A stretch of DNA of 57,123 bases, taken from Bdellovibrionota bacterium (GTDB lineage: Bacteria > Bdellovibrionota > Bdellovibrionia > Bdellovibrionales > UBA840). The notes under the pieces were generated by a model. The model made no database searches. It saw only the letters and a program-made list of their open reading frames with translations, and was not told the origin of the DNA. This document shows positions 28,807 to 42,550 of this stretch, piece after piece. The position numbers and the translations under genes are program-made. Each line of letters opens with the position of its first letter. Position 1 is the stretch's first letter. The DNA lies in NCBI GenBank assembly GCA_036140815.1, contig JAYZXX010000223.1, positions 1 to 57,123 on the forward strand, given 5' to 3'.

Positions 28807-31800
28807 ATGGGGATTTTAAAACATCTTTTATCGCAAATTTTAATTTTTCAATTTTTACTTCTACCAATTCCTAGAAGTGCTTTCGCTGCGGATAATTCTA
28901 GTGGTTCTAATTCTGCTGGATATGACTCTAGCGGAGCTAATCTTGGAGGATTCAATTTTTCTGATCCAGCGGCGATGAAAGAGGCTTTGTCAGACGGTAA
29001 GCTTCAAGAGCTTTCGCCTGAGATCTATCAACACATTCAAGATCAAAAACAAATGATTGAAAAGTTTGAAAGTGGTGAGCTTTCGCAAGTGGAAATTCGT
29101 AAGTTTGACTATACGAATGTTACTCAACAGAGCCTTGAGTATTATAATTTCAATAAAGACATTTGGGTGGATATTGATTTCCATAAAGATAAAACTCGAC
29201 TTAGAAAAATTGCTTACACTCGTTTAGATTATGAAATCACCGATGGTGTTTTGAGTGTAGTTGCTTACCAAGGAAACCAAAAGGTTGCCAGGCAAATGTT
29301 CTATGGTCTGGATGTAGTAAGTGTTGTTCGTGATGCAGAGTTTTTGATGATGATTTCTAGAGATGGAAGTATGCATGCTGTATTCATGCCTCTCGCCGCC
29401 TCACATATGTTCCGATCTCCAGTTTTTGTGACTAAGAATATCATTAATCTTCCAAAGGAAGTAAATTCTAATGCTTTAAAAGCAAGTTTCTTGCACCGTG
29501 GATTACGTCCCATTGATTTTACAAATCGTCTGATATCGGAATCTTCTGAAAGTGCCATCTTTAAAACAGACCATGCCGGTAGGCCGCTCGTAGATTTTGG
29601 CGATTTGGCGGTTGAAAACTCGGAGACCGGTGAATTAGTCGGTGTGTTCTCTAGAAAAGTAATGTATTCCCGCGTTTTGAATATGGTAGAATCATTGATG
29701 CGTCAGTTGCTTGTTACTGCACCTGAAGTTCTCCCAGCGGATGTCTTGAAAGCAGCAGCTGACTCCTTTTTAAAAGCTAAGGATATAGATCTTTCTAGTG
29801 AAAAAACTGAAAGAGAGCAGGCGGAAGTCGCGCAAAGAATCATGAGTCAGAAGTTGGACAAAGGATTAATCGCCGCGGTGATGAAGGTTGCTGGTGAGAT
29901 TGAGGGCTTAGAGTCTAGAGATGTAGATCGTGCAACTTATGAAGAGTGGGTTGGCAAATGGGTTACTTATGATGAAAGAGCCAAAGAGCTTGCTAAAGAA
30001 TATGAAGATCGCAAAGGTGAAAAGTTATACACAAAGTTAAAAAAATCTGCAGGTTCAATTGTTAATAAACTTGCTGGTGAAGTGACTGCTCCTAAGGTAT
30101 TTGTTGATTCTGAGCTAGATTACCAAAATTTATTAAAACAGATCTCAGAAAAAGATTATGGTCCACGTTCAGGTGGAGCCAGTATTCTTTGGCAAGATAT
30201 CGAGAAGGAAAATAGTTTGTCTGAAGAATTGCAGGTTCGAAGTAATTTACTGCAAAGAACAGCGAGTATTTTGAAAAAACCAATGGTCGCTATCACATTG
30301 GTTGGAATTTTAAGTGGATATCATGTATTGAGCCACTATTCAGAATTACAATTTAAAGCCACGGCCTGGTTGACCAATGAGGCAATGCCAAAGGTTTTAA
30401 CAGATTTTGATTATGTTGGACCAAATGGCGAAAAAGCAAATTACGCTAAGATTCTTGGCTTGTCAGTGATTTCTCTTACTCTTCTGATTCCAATCGCTAT
30501 GTTGGTTTCTTGGGTTTCCGTTCCAAGCATGAGGTTAGTGGCTAAGGCATTAAAGAAAGTAGATCCAGAACGTTCTGCTAAATTAGAGCACGCCGCTGAA
30601 GACTGGAAAAATCTTAATGTGTGGCAAAGAATTGTAACCATGGGTTTTCGAATCTTTGCAGTGATTTGCTTGCCATTTTTCCATTACTTAGCTCTGTATA
30701 CCAATCAGAGGAATTTAATCCCTACAATGAAAATGGGATTGAATCCTTTTAAAGTAGTGAAAAATGATAAGGGAGAAAGACACTTCTTAGGGCTTAACCT
30801 TCCGATTCAAACGAAAAAAAGTATTTTGGATATGCCGGAGTCTGTTTCTAAATTTTTCAAACAATTCCAAGAGGGAAAGCTTTCTAAGGAAGATTTTGCG
30901 AGTCTCGGAAAAGACGCCTTAGATACACTTACTCCAAGTCTTGGCAAGTACGGAAGTTTTTCTGAGGCAAAGCAAGATTACAAAGATCGTTTAGGTTATA
31001 AAGGAGGTAAAGCTTGGTACTCTGCAGAAGCTTTAAAGCATCGTTTGGGAGCGCCATTTTCTGCTGAAGGAAACTCTTTCATATTTGATGCACTCCTTTC
31101 GCATGATAGTAGGACCGCTCAAATTGCTGAAATGCAAAGAGATGCTTTGGGTAAAGAAGTTGGTGCTCGTGAGAGAGCATCAAGCATTGCTTGGATACTT
31201 GCGACAAAAATTGTGGCCAGTGAAAGCAACATTGATCTAGCAACCCTTATGACGGTCACATCTGAAGGTATTGATCCATCTGAAACTGAAAAGATTTTCT
31301 CTGATCCTAACTTAAAGAGAGCTTGGCAAAAACACGTCTATGAAATTCAGGAGCTTTTGGTTAACTTTGACGTAATTTATGATGAGAAAAAAGCGCAGGA
31401 TATCGATTTAAAAGAAGTGATTCGAATTTATGAGTCTGTTTTAGAGGTGTCAGAAGAAATTAATAGCCGCTCGACCTATCAGAATGTCGTTAAAAATATG
31501 AAGATGAATTCTATCATTGGAACGAGAAAAGCCATTTCTGGTCTCGCTACTTTTGCTGTGGCCGATAATGAGTTTCTAAAAAGAAATTTTGCCAATAAGG
31601 TTGTTTCTGGTTTGGTGTCAAAAGAGTTCACAACAGATCATATGGGTGTTGTAGGTATTCCAGCTGTGCTAGGTGAAAGAGCCGATATTAATAAGCAAGG
31701 CGAGCTAAGTGCAATTAATAATCCTTGGTACTTATGGACTCACCCAGAGCACATTCAAGATGTATTGAACAATATGTCTCTTCATTTTTTCCAAGCAGGT

Positions 31801-32904
31801 TCGCAAACCGCTTTGGCTATTCAAGGAGAGCCAAAGGTAAATGAAACGAAGTATGGTCCTATGGAATTGATTCGATACGCTAGTATGGATCGTGCAGAGC
31901 CATTTTTTGAATCGAGCTATTTGTGGTTTAAGTCCATAGCTGAAAGCCGTGATGCTGGTGAGATTTTCTTTAAGAAAATGTTGTCAAAACGTCTCGTTAC
32001 AGCTCAAGGATCAATGCTTCTGAGTGTAATCTTCCGTGTGTTGGTTGCAAAGCAAAGCCTGGGTATGGCGCTTTCTGGTTGGTATTATTTTTGGATCGCT
32101 GGACCGTTACTGTACGCCTGGCCATGGACTTTAATTCTTCTTGGAATGCAAGGAGAGGAAGATCGTATTAGCGAGAATATTTCTAGATTCAATAAGGAAA
32201 AAATGAAACTTGTGAATGCTAGAAGATTAAGCTCAGACGCTGAACTCCGAAATAAGATTCGAGGATTTCTTGATTTTTATAAAGGGGAAACCGAGTTTTT
32301 ATATCGCGGTTTTGTTCATACTTTGTTAACTCATCGAGGGATTTATAATCACTCTTTGCAGAGAATTAAGACTCAAAAAGAATTTAATAAGTACCTTTCT
32401 ATGAGTGGATTTACCAAAGGGGATATCTCTAGCTATGAGAGGGATCTTGAGGAAATTATTGAAAAAGCAGATCGTAGTCAGTTAAATGAGTTAGTAGAGA
32501 GATCTTTAGAGTATTCTGTGAAACATCCTGCTGTTTATACGAATGTACATGCCGCGATTGGCTGGCTAACTGTTGTAGGGCTAGGTGCGGTCTTAACCAC
32601 GGTTTTGGCCATTAGTGTTGGGGTTGACTCCTTTAATCCTGAAACTCTCCATTGGAGCAATCTGCTTTGGTGGACTGGGGTTCACACAAGCTTTACCTTC
32701 GCAGTTAGAGCTGCGTTGAGAAATCGTTCATTGATCGATATTAGTAAAAGTTTTTATCGTTCGGTGAAGTATTCCTTGAGGTATTTAAATTCTTTCCCTG
32801 GGAAGCAAGATCGTGCAACAAGATACTATTTCGATAAGGTTAAGGAAAATGCTAAGCAGAAAGTGGAAAATGTTAAAATGGCATGTAGAAGAGCCGCCAG
32901 TTAA
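28807..32904 (+). CDS. Giant hypothetical exported membrane protein (~1365 aa)
   Basis: ATG 28807 preferred; signal peptide ending AFA; two clusters of hydrophobic helices. Confidence 0.8.
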   Translation: MGILKHLLSQILIFQFLLLPIPRSAFAADNSSGSNSAGYDSSGANLGGFNFSDPAAMKEALSDGKLQELSPEIYQHIQDQKQMIEKFESGELSQVEIRKFDYTNVTQQSLEYYNFNKDIWVDIDFHKDKTRLRKIAYTRLDYEITDGVLSVVAYQGNQKVARQMFYGLDVVSVVRDAEFLMMISRDGSMHAVFMPLAASHMFRSPVFVTKNIINLPKEVNSNALKASFLHRGLRPIDFTNRLISESSESAIFKTDHAGRPLVDFGDLAVENSETGELVGVFSRKVMYSRVLNMVESLMRQLLVTAPEVLPADVLKAAADSFLKAKDIDLSSEKTEREQAEVAQRIMSQKLDKGLIAAVMKVAGEIEGLESRDVDRATYEEWVGKWVTYDERAKELAKEYEDRKGEKLYTKLKKSAGSIVNKLAGEVTAPKVFVDSELDYQNLLKQISEKDYGPRSGGASILWQDIEKENSLSEELQVRSNLLQRTASILKKPMVAITLVGILSGYHVLSHYSELQFKATAWLTNEAMPKVLTDFDYVGPNGEKANYAKILGLSVISLTLLIPIAMLVSWVSVPSMRLVAKALKKVDPERSAKLEHAAEDWKNLNVWQRIVTMGFRIFAVICLPFFHYLALYTNQRNLIPTMKMGLNPFKVVKNDKGERHFLGLNLPIQTKKSILDMPESVSKFFKQFQEGKLSKEDFASLGKDALDTLTPSLGKYGSFSEAKQDYKDRLGYKGGKAWYSAEALKHRLGAPFSAEGNSFIFDALLSHDSRTAQIAEMQRDALGKEVGARERASSIAWILATKIVASESNIDLATLMTVTSEGIDPSETEKIFSDPNLKRAWQKHVYEIQELLVNFDVIYDEKKAQDIDLKEVIRIYESVLEVSEEINSRSTYQNVVKNMKMNSIIGTRKAISGLATFAVADNEFLKRNFANKVVSGLVSKEFTTDHMGVVGIPAVLGERADINKQGELSAINNPWYLWTHPEHIQDVLNNMSLHFFQAGSQTALAIQGEPKVNETKYGPMELIRYASMDRAEPFFESSYLWFKSIAESRDAGEIFFKKMLSKRLVTAQGSMLLSVIFRVLVAKQSLGMALSGWYYFWIAGPLLYAWPWTLILLGMQGEEDRISENISRFNKEKMKLVNARRLSSDAELRNKIRGFLDFYKGETEFLYRGFVHTLLTHRGIYNHSLQRIKTQKEFNKYLSMSGFTKGDISSYERDLEEIIEKADRSQLNELVERSLEYSVKHPAVYTNVHAAIGWLTVVGLGAVLTTVLAISVGVDSFNPETLHWSNLLWWTGVHTSFTFAVRAALRNRSLIDISKSFYRSVKYSLRYLNSFPGKQDRATRYYFDKVKENAKQKVENVKMACRRAAS

Positions 32905-32936
32905 TTTCCAATGGAATTTAAAAAAATAATTAATAT

Positions 32937-32962
32937 AAGGCATCTCTCGAGATGCCTTTTTT
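32937..32962 (+). terminator. Intrinsic terminator
   Basis: AAGGCATCTC-T-CGAGATGCCTTTTTT. Confidence 0.8.
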
Positions 32963-33009
32963 GTTTTTTATGATCTAGTCAGGGCTTGATGCTGTTTTTC
33001 TAGTTTGTT

Positions 33010-34008
33010 TTAAAACATTAAATTAAGAGCGGGGAGATATACCGCTGAACTGTCTTTCTTACGAATACTAATGTTAATTGCCACCACATCCCACCAAGTG
33101 TGTAAAAAGGCCGACTCTCTGATGCTCCAGCCATTTCTTTGAGTTAACCAACCCAAGTAGTAACCCATCGCTGCTTGGGCTATGGGAAAAGGATTATCAG
33201 AAGAATAGTGTAGAGCACCAAAGATAGCACTGGAGCTCAGGTTGGCGTAAACATTTGAATTCATTTTATAGCGAAAATAGGGTTGTAAAAAGCCTCTGAA
33301 AAGAGCTTCTTCACCTACACCAGCTTGGTAAGATAATAAACTGCCTGAGAATATTGTACTAGCATCTCCTAGAGGACGATCGTTCTCATCAAGCTCACTA
33401 TTATCATCTTGAGATAGGGCTAGGAATTGCGCTCCCAAGCCAAAAATAACAGCCAAGGGAATCCATGTGGTTTTCTTTTTAAGGTGGCTAAAATCAAAGG
33501 GCGCTAACATAATATCGCCTACTTCATCATCGCCTGTATCTTTAATAAAGGCGAACTCACCGGTGTTTTCATAGGCCTTGATTCTTGATCTAAAGCTTTG
33601 GTAAGCGCTCAAGCTACCTACGAAATCATAGGTTTTACTACCAATTACTCTTCTTTGCATATTTTCATCAAAGTACTTGAATGGATCAGAGATGCTATGG
33701 TCCACATTGTCTTCTTCGGCATTGTACATGGAAATACCAGCGGCAGCACTTAAACTGTAAGTTAATCCGGCTTGCCAATTTCCTTGAATGTATTGTCCTA
33801 ATCCAGGAAGAAACCAAGATCCTAAACTAGGCAAAAAGATTAAGCATGGTCGATCCGTCCTTGCTTTGTAGCTTGAATGAAAATACGAGATACTTTCTTT
33901 TGCTGGATCACTTTCGTTTTTAGCTTCGGAGGAAGCATTTGCTGAGTTAGCTAGGCATTGCAGACTTAATAATAATATAAGAGAAGTGGTGATTAATGAC
34001 TTTAACAA
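33010..34008 (-). CDS. CPBP (Abi/CAAX protease) family intramembrane metalloprotease
   Basis: GEEALFRG, FGALHY, HTWWD motifs; N-terminal signal peptide. Confidence 0.88.
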   Translation of the reverse strand: MLKSLITTSLILLLSLQCLANSANASSEAKNESDPAKESISYFHSSYKARTDRPCLIFLPSLGSWFLPGLGQYIQGNWQAGLTYSLSAAAGISMYNAEEDNVDHSISDPFKYFDENMQRRVIGSKTYDFVGSLSAYQSFRSRIKAYENTGEFAFIKDTGDDEVGDIMLAPFDFSHLKKKTTWIPLAVIFGLGAQFLALSQDDNSELDENDRPLGDASTIFSGSLLSYQAGVGEEALFRGFLQPYFRYKMNSNVYANLSSSAIFGALHYSSDNPFPIAQAAMGYYLGWLTQRNGWSIRESAFLHTWWDVVAINISIRKKDSSAVYLPALNLMF

Positions 34009-34397
34009 TTAAGACCCCGTGTTGAGTTTTTTTCGTAATCTATTGTAATTAGAAGTTAAAGACAAGATTGGGTCTTTGGGTACCGGCTTAATAATGTTCC
34101 TTGAGTTTTGAAAAAAATTTGTAGAGGGTAGAAGTTTAGCAGAGCGATACCGCAATGCGCTATTTGTAAATACTAAGAAAGAACCAAGTATTTAATAAAA
34201 ATTGCACATTCTATGAATTGAATATTTGGACATATTAATATTTTGCTAAAGCATTAGGCGAAAAACTGGACATCACCGATTTTCTCAATTGATTGTCAAA
34301 AAGATGATTGAAACCTCTGTAATTTCAGGTATTTTTTTGTGATATTAGAACAAGTTTATAAACCTATTAAAAAACGTTTGAGCAACAGAGAAGTATT

Positions 34398-34922
34398 ATG
34401 CCTAATAAAAACTTGAAGGTACTCGTCGGTGTTGTCGCGCTAGTGTTGATTGCTGGCCTGGCTGTTTTTATGAAACCGCCTATAGGTTACAATCAGGGCT
34501 ACCAGCCTACGCAACCAATCCCTTATGATCATTCGCTACATGCAGGAAAATTGGAAATTCCGTGTCAATATTGTCACTCCAATGCGTCCTATGCTCGTCA
34601 CTCTTCAGTGCCAGCATTGAACATCTGTATGAACTGTCACAACCAGGTGAAAACGCAAAGTGAGCACATTAAAAAGCTTGCTGATCACTATAACGAAGGT
34701 AAATCCATTCAGTGGCAAAAAGTACATTTGCTTCCTGATTTTGTTCACTTCAACCACCAAAGACACGTAAGAAGAGGCGTTGCTTGTCAAACTTGTCATG
34801 GTCCAATCGAAACGATGAAAGAAGTATTTCAATACTCGGATCTATCGATGGGTTGGTGTGTAAACTGTCACCGTAAACCAGAAAACAATGCGCCAGTGTC
34901 TTGTTCAACTTGTCACTATTAG
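34398..34922 (+). CDS. actA: Alternative complex III pentaheme cytochrome c
   Basis: One TM helix and five CxxCH motifs; QPIPYDHSLH, LPDFVHFNHQRH, SMGWCVNCH. Confidence 0.92.
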   Translation: MPNKNLKVLVGVVALVLIAGLAVFMKPPIGYNQGYQPTQPIPYDHSLHAGKLEIPCQYCHSNASYARHSSVPALNICMNCHNQVKTQSEHIKKLADHYNEGKSIQWQKVHLLPDFVHFNHQRHVRRGVACQTCHGPIETMKEVFQYSDLSMGWCVNCHRKPENNAPVSCSTCHY

Positions 34923-34928
34923 GATCAG

Positions 34929-38023
<3,095 letters not shown>

Positions 38024-38024
<1 letters not shown>

Positions 38025-39382
38025 TGCTTGGACGTAGTAAACTCGTACTTGGAGACAAATCATTTAAAGATATCACTGAGGATATCTGTGCGCCATTAGA
38101 GACTTTGCCAGGTAAGCCTTGGCTAATGATGTTTGGTGCGGCTAAGACCACTTTGTTATTCTATTTCGGTGTATTGTTTTATATCGCTTACACCGGTATG
38201 GGAACAATGGGGGTTAGTCACCCAATCATGTGGGGTACTGATATCGTAACTTTCGTATTCTGGGTGGGTATTGGTCACGCAGGTACATTGATTTCAGCGA
38301 TTCTATTTCTATTTAGACAAAAATGGCGTACAGGGATTGCCCGTGCGGCCGAGGCCATGACTGTATTTGCTGTAATGACAGCGGGTATTTTCCCACTAAT
38401 GCATACGGGGCGCCCATGGTTAGCATTTTGGTTGTTCCCTTATCCTAACCAACGTGGACCATTGTGGGTGAACTTTAGATCTCCTCTACTTTGGGACGTT
38501 TTTGCGGTATCTACTTATGCTACAGTTTCAATTGTATTTTGGTATGTAGGTTTGATCCCAGATTTCGCAACGGTTCGAGATAGAGCGAAAAACACTCTTC
38601 GTAAGAACATTTACGGTGCCCTTTCCATGGGTTGGAGAGGAACAAACCGTAACTGGCGTCATTATGAAATGGTTTACTTACTACTTGCTGGTTTAAGTAC
38701 TCCACTAGTTTTATCAGTTCATACCATCGTATCCTTTGACTTTGCTGTTGCAAACTTACCTGGATGGCATACTACGATCTTCCCACCATACTTCATTGCT
38801 GGTGCGATTTTCTCTGGTTTTGCTATGGTTGTAACTTTAATGACTCTTGTGAGAATTGGTTTTCCACAAATTAAAGACTACATCACTTTAGATCACTTAG
38901 AGGTAATGAACAAAATCATCATGACCACAGGTATGATGGTTGGTTATGCTTACGGGTCTGAGTTTTTCATTGCTTGGTATTCAGGGGTTGAGTTTGAGAA
39001 ATTTGCTTTCGTTAACCGTGCTTTCGGACCAATGGGTTGGTCATACTGGATTATGGTTAGTTGTAACGTAATCTCTCCGCAGGTTTTCTGGTTTAAGAAG
39101 TTCCGTAGAAGCATCCCAGTTATGTTTGTTGTTTCAATTATCGTAAATATTGGTATGTGGTTTGAGCGTTTCGTAATTACCATGTCTCTTCACAGAGACT
39201 TCCTACCTGCAAACTGGGCTGTGTTCCACTTTAAGTTTGCTGACGTAGGTGTATTAGTAGGTAGTTTCGGTATGTTTTTCACTTTATTCTTATTGTTCTT
39301 AAGAGCTTTCCCAATGGTATCTATGTCTGAGGTTAAACCTTGTCTAGAAGTTGGAAGAGACGGAGGTGGACACCATGAGTAA
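38024..39382 (+). CDS. actC: Alternative complex III ActC (NrfD/PsrC family)
   Basis: [57 protein letters not shown]. Confidence 0.94.
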
Positions 39383-39899
39383 GTATGTATCTGGTGTAGT
39401 TGGATTCATTGAAGACGATCATAAATTATTAGCAGCTGCTAAAAAAACTTACGCTGCTGGATACAGAGAGTTTGATACCATTTCTCCATTCCCGATTCAT
39501 GGAATGGACGCAGCAATGGGTTTAGGTCGGTCTGCAATTCCTTGGGTAACTTTCTTTGCTGGCTTAACTGGTTGTAGCTTTGGGCTTTGGTTCACTTGGT
39601 GGACTTCAGCGGTAGACTATCCAGTAAATGTTGGTGGTAAGCCTTTTATGTCTTTACCAGCATTTATCCCAATTTTATTTGAATTAACTATTTTATTTGG
39701 TGCTTTAAGTTCAGTGGGTGCAATGTTCATCCTAAATGGTCTTCCAAAGGTGAAGCCTCCGGTGATTGACCCTGATCTAACATGTAGCAAGTTTGCTCTT
39801 TTTATTCCAGAGACAGAGACTGGTTACAATCCTGAGAAAGCAGAAAGCCACCTTAAATCTATCGGTGCTACCGATATTAGAAGAGTAGCGGAGTTTTAA
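39375..39899 (+). CDS. actD: Alternative complex III ActD (DUF3341)
   Basis: [27 protein letters not shown]; ATG 39375 overlaps the actC stop. Confidence 0.9.
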   Translation: MSKYVSGVVGFIEDDHKLLAAAKKTYAAGYREFDTISPFPIHGMDAAMGLGRSAIPWVTFFAGLTGCSFGLWFTWWTSAVDYPVNVGGKPFMSLPAFIPILFELTILFGALSSVGAMFILNGLPKVKPPVIDPDLTCSKFALFIPETETGYNPEKAESHLKSIGATDIRRVAEF

Positions 39900-40433
39900 A
39901 TGAAAAGTGTATTGCTATTAACAAGTTTGTTGTTAGGCTTGGCTGCCTGTAAGAAAGATCAGCCAAATGTGGAGTTAGTGCAAAACATGATGGACTCTCC
40001 TGCCTTTGAAGAACAAGATTTTGATCCAAATGCAAATGATGGTCGTTCTATGCGAGTTCCACCTGAGCATACAGTAGCGAGAAATAACCCTCGTTATAAA
40101 TATGCTAAGCAACCTGAGTTGGCTAAGGCGATGCCAAATCCTTTCAAAGATAAAATTGATCTAGAGAAAGGCAAGGATAAGTTCGAAACTTATTGCATGG
40201 TTTGTCACGGTCAAACAGGTAAAGGTGAAGGAACGGTCGCTGAGTACATGGCTCTTAAACCACCATCCTTAGTAAGTGATAAGATCAAAGGCTGGACGGA
40301 TGGTGAAATCTATCACATCATCGCCGCGGGTCGTGGTTTGATGGGTTCTTATGCCAGTCAAATTCGTCACGAAGATCGTTGGCACATTGTAAATTACGTA
40401 CGTGAACTTCAAAAGAAAGATTCAGGGAATTAA
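39900..40433 (+). CDS. actE: Alternative complex III ActE monoheme cytochrome c lipoprotein
   Basis: Lipobox LAAC, CMVCH, MGSYA, DRWHIVNYVRELQ. Confidence 0.9.
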   Translation: MKSVLLLTSLLLGLAACKKDQPNVELVQNMMDSPAFEEQDFDPNANDGRSMRVPPEHTVARNNPRYKYAKQPELAKAMPNPFKDKIDLEKGKDKFETYCMVCHGQTGKGEGTVAEYMALKPPSLVSDKIKGWTDGEIYHIIAAGRGLMGSYASQIRHEDRWHIVNYVRELQKKDSGN

Positions 40434-40434
40434 G

Positions 40435-41634
40435 ATGGCTCAAGATATTAATGTTCCAAAATATAAAATGAGCCCTGCTACTAAAACAGTGGTTTGGGTA
40501 TGCGCCTTGGTTGGATTACTTACTTTTCTTTTTGGGATCTACAACAATCCTGAAAGAGTTTGGTACTCTTATCTAACTAGTTTTTTCTACTTCACAAGCT
40601 TAAGCCTTTGTGGACTATTCTTTGTTGCAATCAATCACATCACAAGTGCTGGTTGGTCCGTAAATATAAGAAGGGTTCCGGAGGCCTTTACAGCATTCTT
40701 ACCATATGTATTGGTAGGGGCTATTGTTTTGATCATTGGTGCTGACTTTATTTACCCTTGGTTAAATCCTGAAATCGTTGCCGTAGATACTTTGATTCAA
40801 AAGAAAGTTTCTTACTTAAATGAAGGCTTTTTCATTTTTCGTGTAATTGCTTTTATTTTACTTTGGTTGTTCTTTGCTAAAAAGATTGTAGGGAACAGTT
40901 TGAAGCAAGACGAGACGGGCGATGTTAACTTAACACACAAAAATTTAGCCTTGAGTGTTGGTTTTATTGTTGTTTTTGCGCTTTCTTATTCTTTGTTTAG
41001 CGTTGATACTTTGATGTCAGTAGATCCACATTGGTTTTCTACAATTTTTGGGGTTTACGCATTCTCTGGTTTATTCCAGAGTGGTCTAGCAATGATGATT
41101 CTTTTTATCTTGGCTCTTAAGTCTGGCTATTTAAAATCATTCATTAACGATGACCATGTACATGATATGGGTAAGTTCTTATTTGGTTTTACAATTTTCT
41201 ATGCTTACATTGCATTCTCTCAGTACTTATTGATTTGGTATGCAAACTTACCAGAGGAAACCATTTTCTATATCCATAGAAGCCATGGAGGATGGGAGTG
41301 GGTTAGTTTATCACTTCTTTTTGGTAAATTTATTATTCCTTTTCTAGCTCTTGCGCCTGCATGGGCAAAGAAAAAACCTGGGCATCTTAAAATTGTATGC
41401 GTATGGATTTTGATCATGCAATACGTAGATTTCTACTGGCTTGTTTATCCGAACTTGCACACAAATACGAACGGAATGTTCCCAGAGACGCCAATTTTTA
41501 ACTTCTATGAAATTGGTATTTTCTTAGGATTCCTTGGTTTGTTCTTGTTTGCAGTTAATAAGTTCTTGGAAAAGAATTCTTTGATTCCAATCAAGGACCC
41601 AAGATTACATGAGAGTATGCATCACCATATTTAA
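40435..41634 (+). CDS. actF: Alternative complex III ActF membrane subunit
   Basis: MSVDPHWFSTIFG, HDMGKFLFGF, FSQYLLIWYANLPEET; ATG at 40435. Confidence 0.9.
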   Translation: MAQDINVPKYKMSPATKTVVWVCALVGLLTFLFGIYNNPERVWYSYLTSFFYFTSLSLCGLFFVAINHITSAGWSVNIRRVPEAFTAFLPYVLVGAIVLIIGADFIYPWLNPEIVAVDTLIQKKVSYLNEGFFIFRVIAFILLWLFFAKKIVGNSLKQDETGDVNLTHKNLALSVGFIVVFALSYSLFSVDTLMSVDPHWFSTIFGVYAFSGLFQSGLAMMILFILALKSGYLKSFINDDHVHDMGKFLFGFTIFYAYIAFSQYLLIWYANLPEETIFYIHRSHGGWEWVSLSLLFGKFIIPFLALAPAWAKKKPGHLKIVCVWILIMQYVDFYWLVYPNLHTNTNGMFPETPIFNFYEIGIFLGFLGLFLFAVNKFLEKNSLIPIKDPRLHESMHHHI

Positions 41635-41655
41635 TACCCCATAAATAAGAATTTC

Positions 41656-41683
41656 AAAAGGCAGCTTTTGGCTGCCTTTTTTT
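41656..41683 (+). terminator. Intrinsic terminator of the act operon
   Basis: AAAAGGCAGC-TTTTG-GCTGCCTTTTTTT. Confidence 0.9.
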
Positions 41684-41761
41684 ATATTTTTTTCATAATA
41701 CTAACTTGAGCCTTTAAAAATAAAATAAATTGAAGACAATAGAAATGAGAGGGGAATCTCA

Positions 41762-42550
41762 TTGTTTAAACTTTTATTGCTATTGGTTCTTTTTCCAGTG
41801 TTTTCGGAAGCCGTAATTTGTAAGTACGCTTCTGGAATTCGTTTAGAAGAACGCCTTCAAAAAATAGATCGTGTACAAAGCTATACTGTTCCTGAAAAGT
41901 CTTTTTTTACGGGAAAAACCAATTTTAGGCCTTTGATTAGAGATTTCATATGGCACTTTGACTTGCATCCAGAGTACTCTTTTTTATTTCCAAATGGAAA
42001 GGGTTCAAAGATCAGTGTTGCAGTTCACACTTTAAGGACGATGCGTAGGCTGAGGCATCAGATAGAGACGGGTTCAATTTCTATTTCAAAGCCACTTTTT
42101 GATAAATATGAAAGGGCCATGTATATGGCATTAATGATACATGATGTTGCTAAAACATATGCATATAAATCTGGAGACAACTTAAATCAACTGCCAATGA
42201 ATTTGAAATTAGCTAGTCGAATAACCGACAAATTTGATGGGCTTGCGTCTGAAGAGAAGCTTTTCATTAAAGCAATTTTAAAATCTGCAAAAATAGGAAT
42301 TTACCTCCAAGCCAAAGTGGGTTCAGAAGAATTACTGATGGCAAATTTTGAGGGTGCGCTCACAACGAATATGAAAAACACACAGTACCTTCGTTTTATG
42401 GAAACCTTTTTTTTAGCGGATGCAGGCTCATATTCTCACCTTGCTAGTAATATTGAAATCATGGAAATTGATCGCTTTGGGGGATTAAAAATTGCCAGCC
42501 CAGTCTGGAGAAATTTTTTATCTCGCTATCCAGAGGACTTATTTTATTAA
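41762..42550 (+). CDS. Exported HD-domain-like protein
   Basis: Signal peptide ending SEA; H...HD...D pattern (VHTL, IHDVAK, LADAGSY). Confidence 0.55.
   Translation: MFKLLLLLVLFPVFSEAVICKYASGIRLEERLQKIDRVQSYTVPEKSFFTGKTNFRPLIRDFIWHFDLHPEYSFLFPNGKGSKISVAVHTLRTMRRLRHQIETGSISISKPLFDKYERAMYMALMIHDVAKTYAYKSGDNLNQLPMNLKLASRITDKFDGLASEEKLFIKAILKSAKIGIYLQAKVGSEELLMANFEGALTTNMKNTQYLRFMETFFLADAGSYSHLASNIEIMEIDRFGGLKIASPVWRNFLSRYPEDLFY

Noticed and set aside
34285-34355. FNR- or Rex-like sites upstream of actA (TTGATTGTCAA, TTGTGATATTAGAACAA)
   Set aside because: Spacing does not fit either consensus and the region is AT-rich
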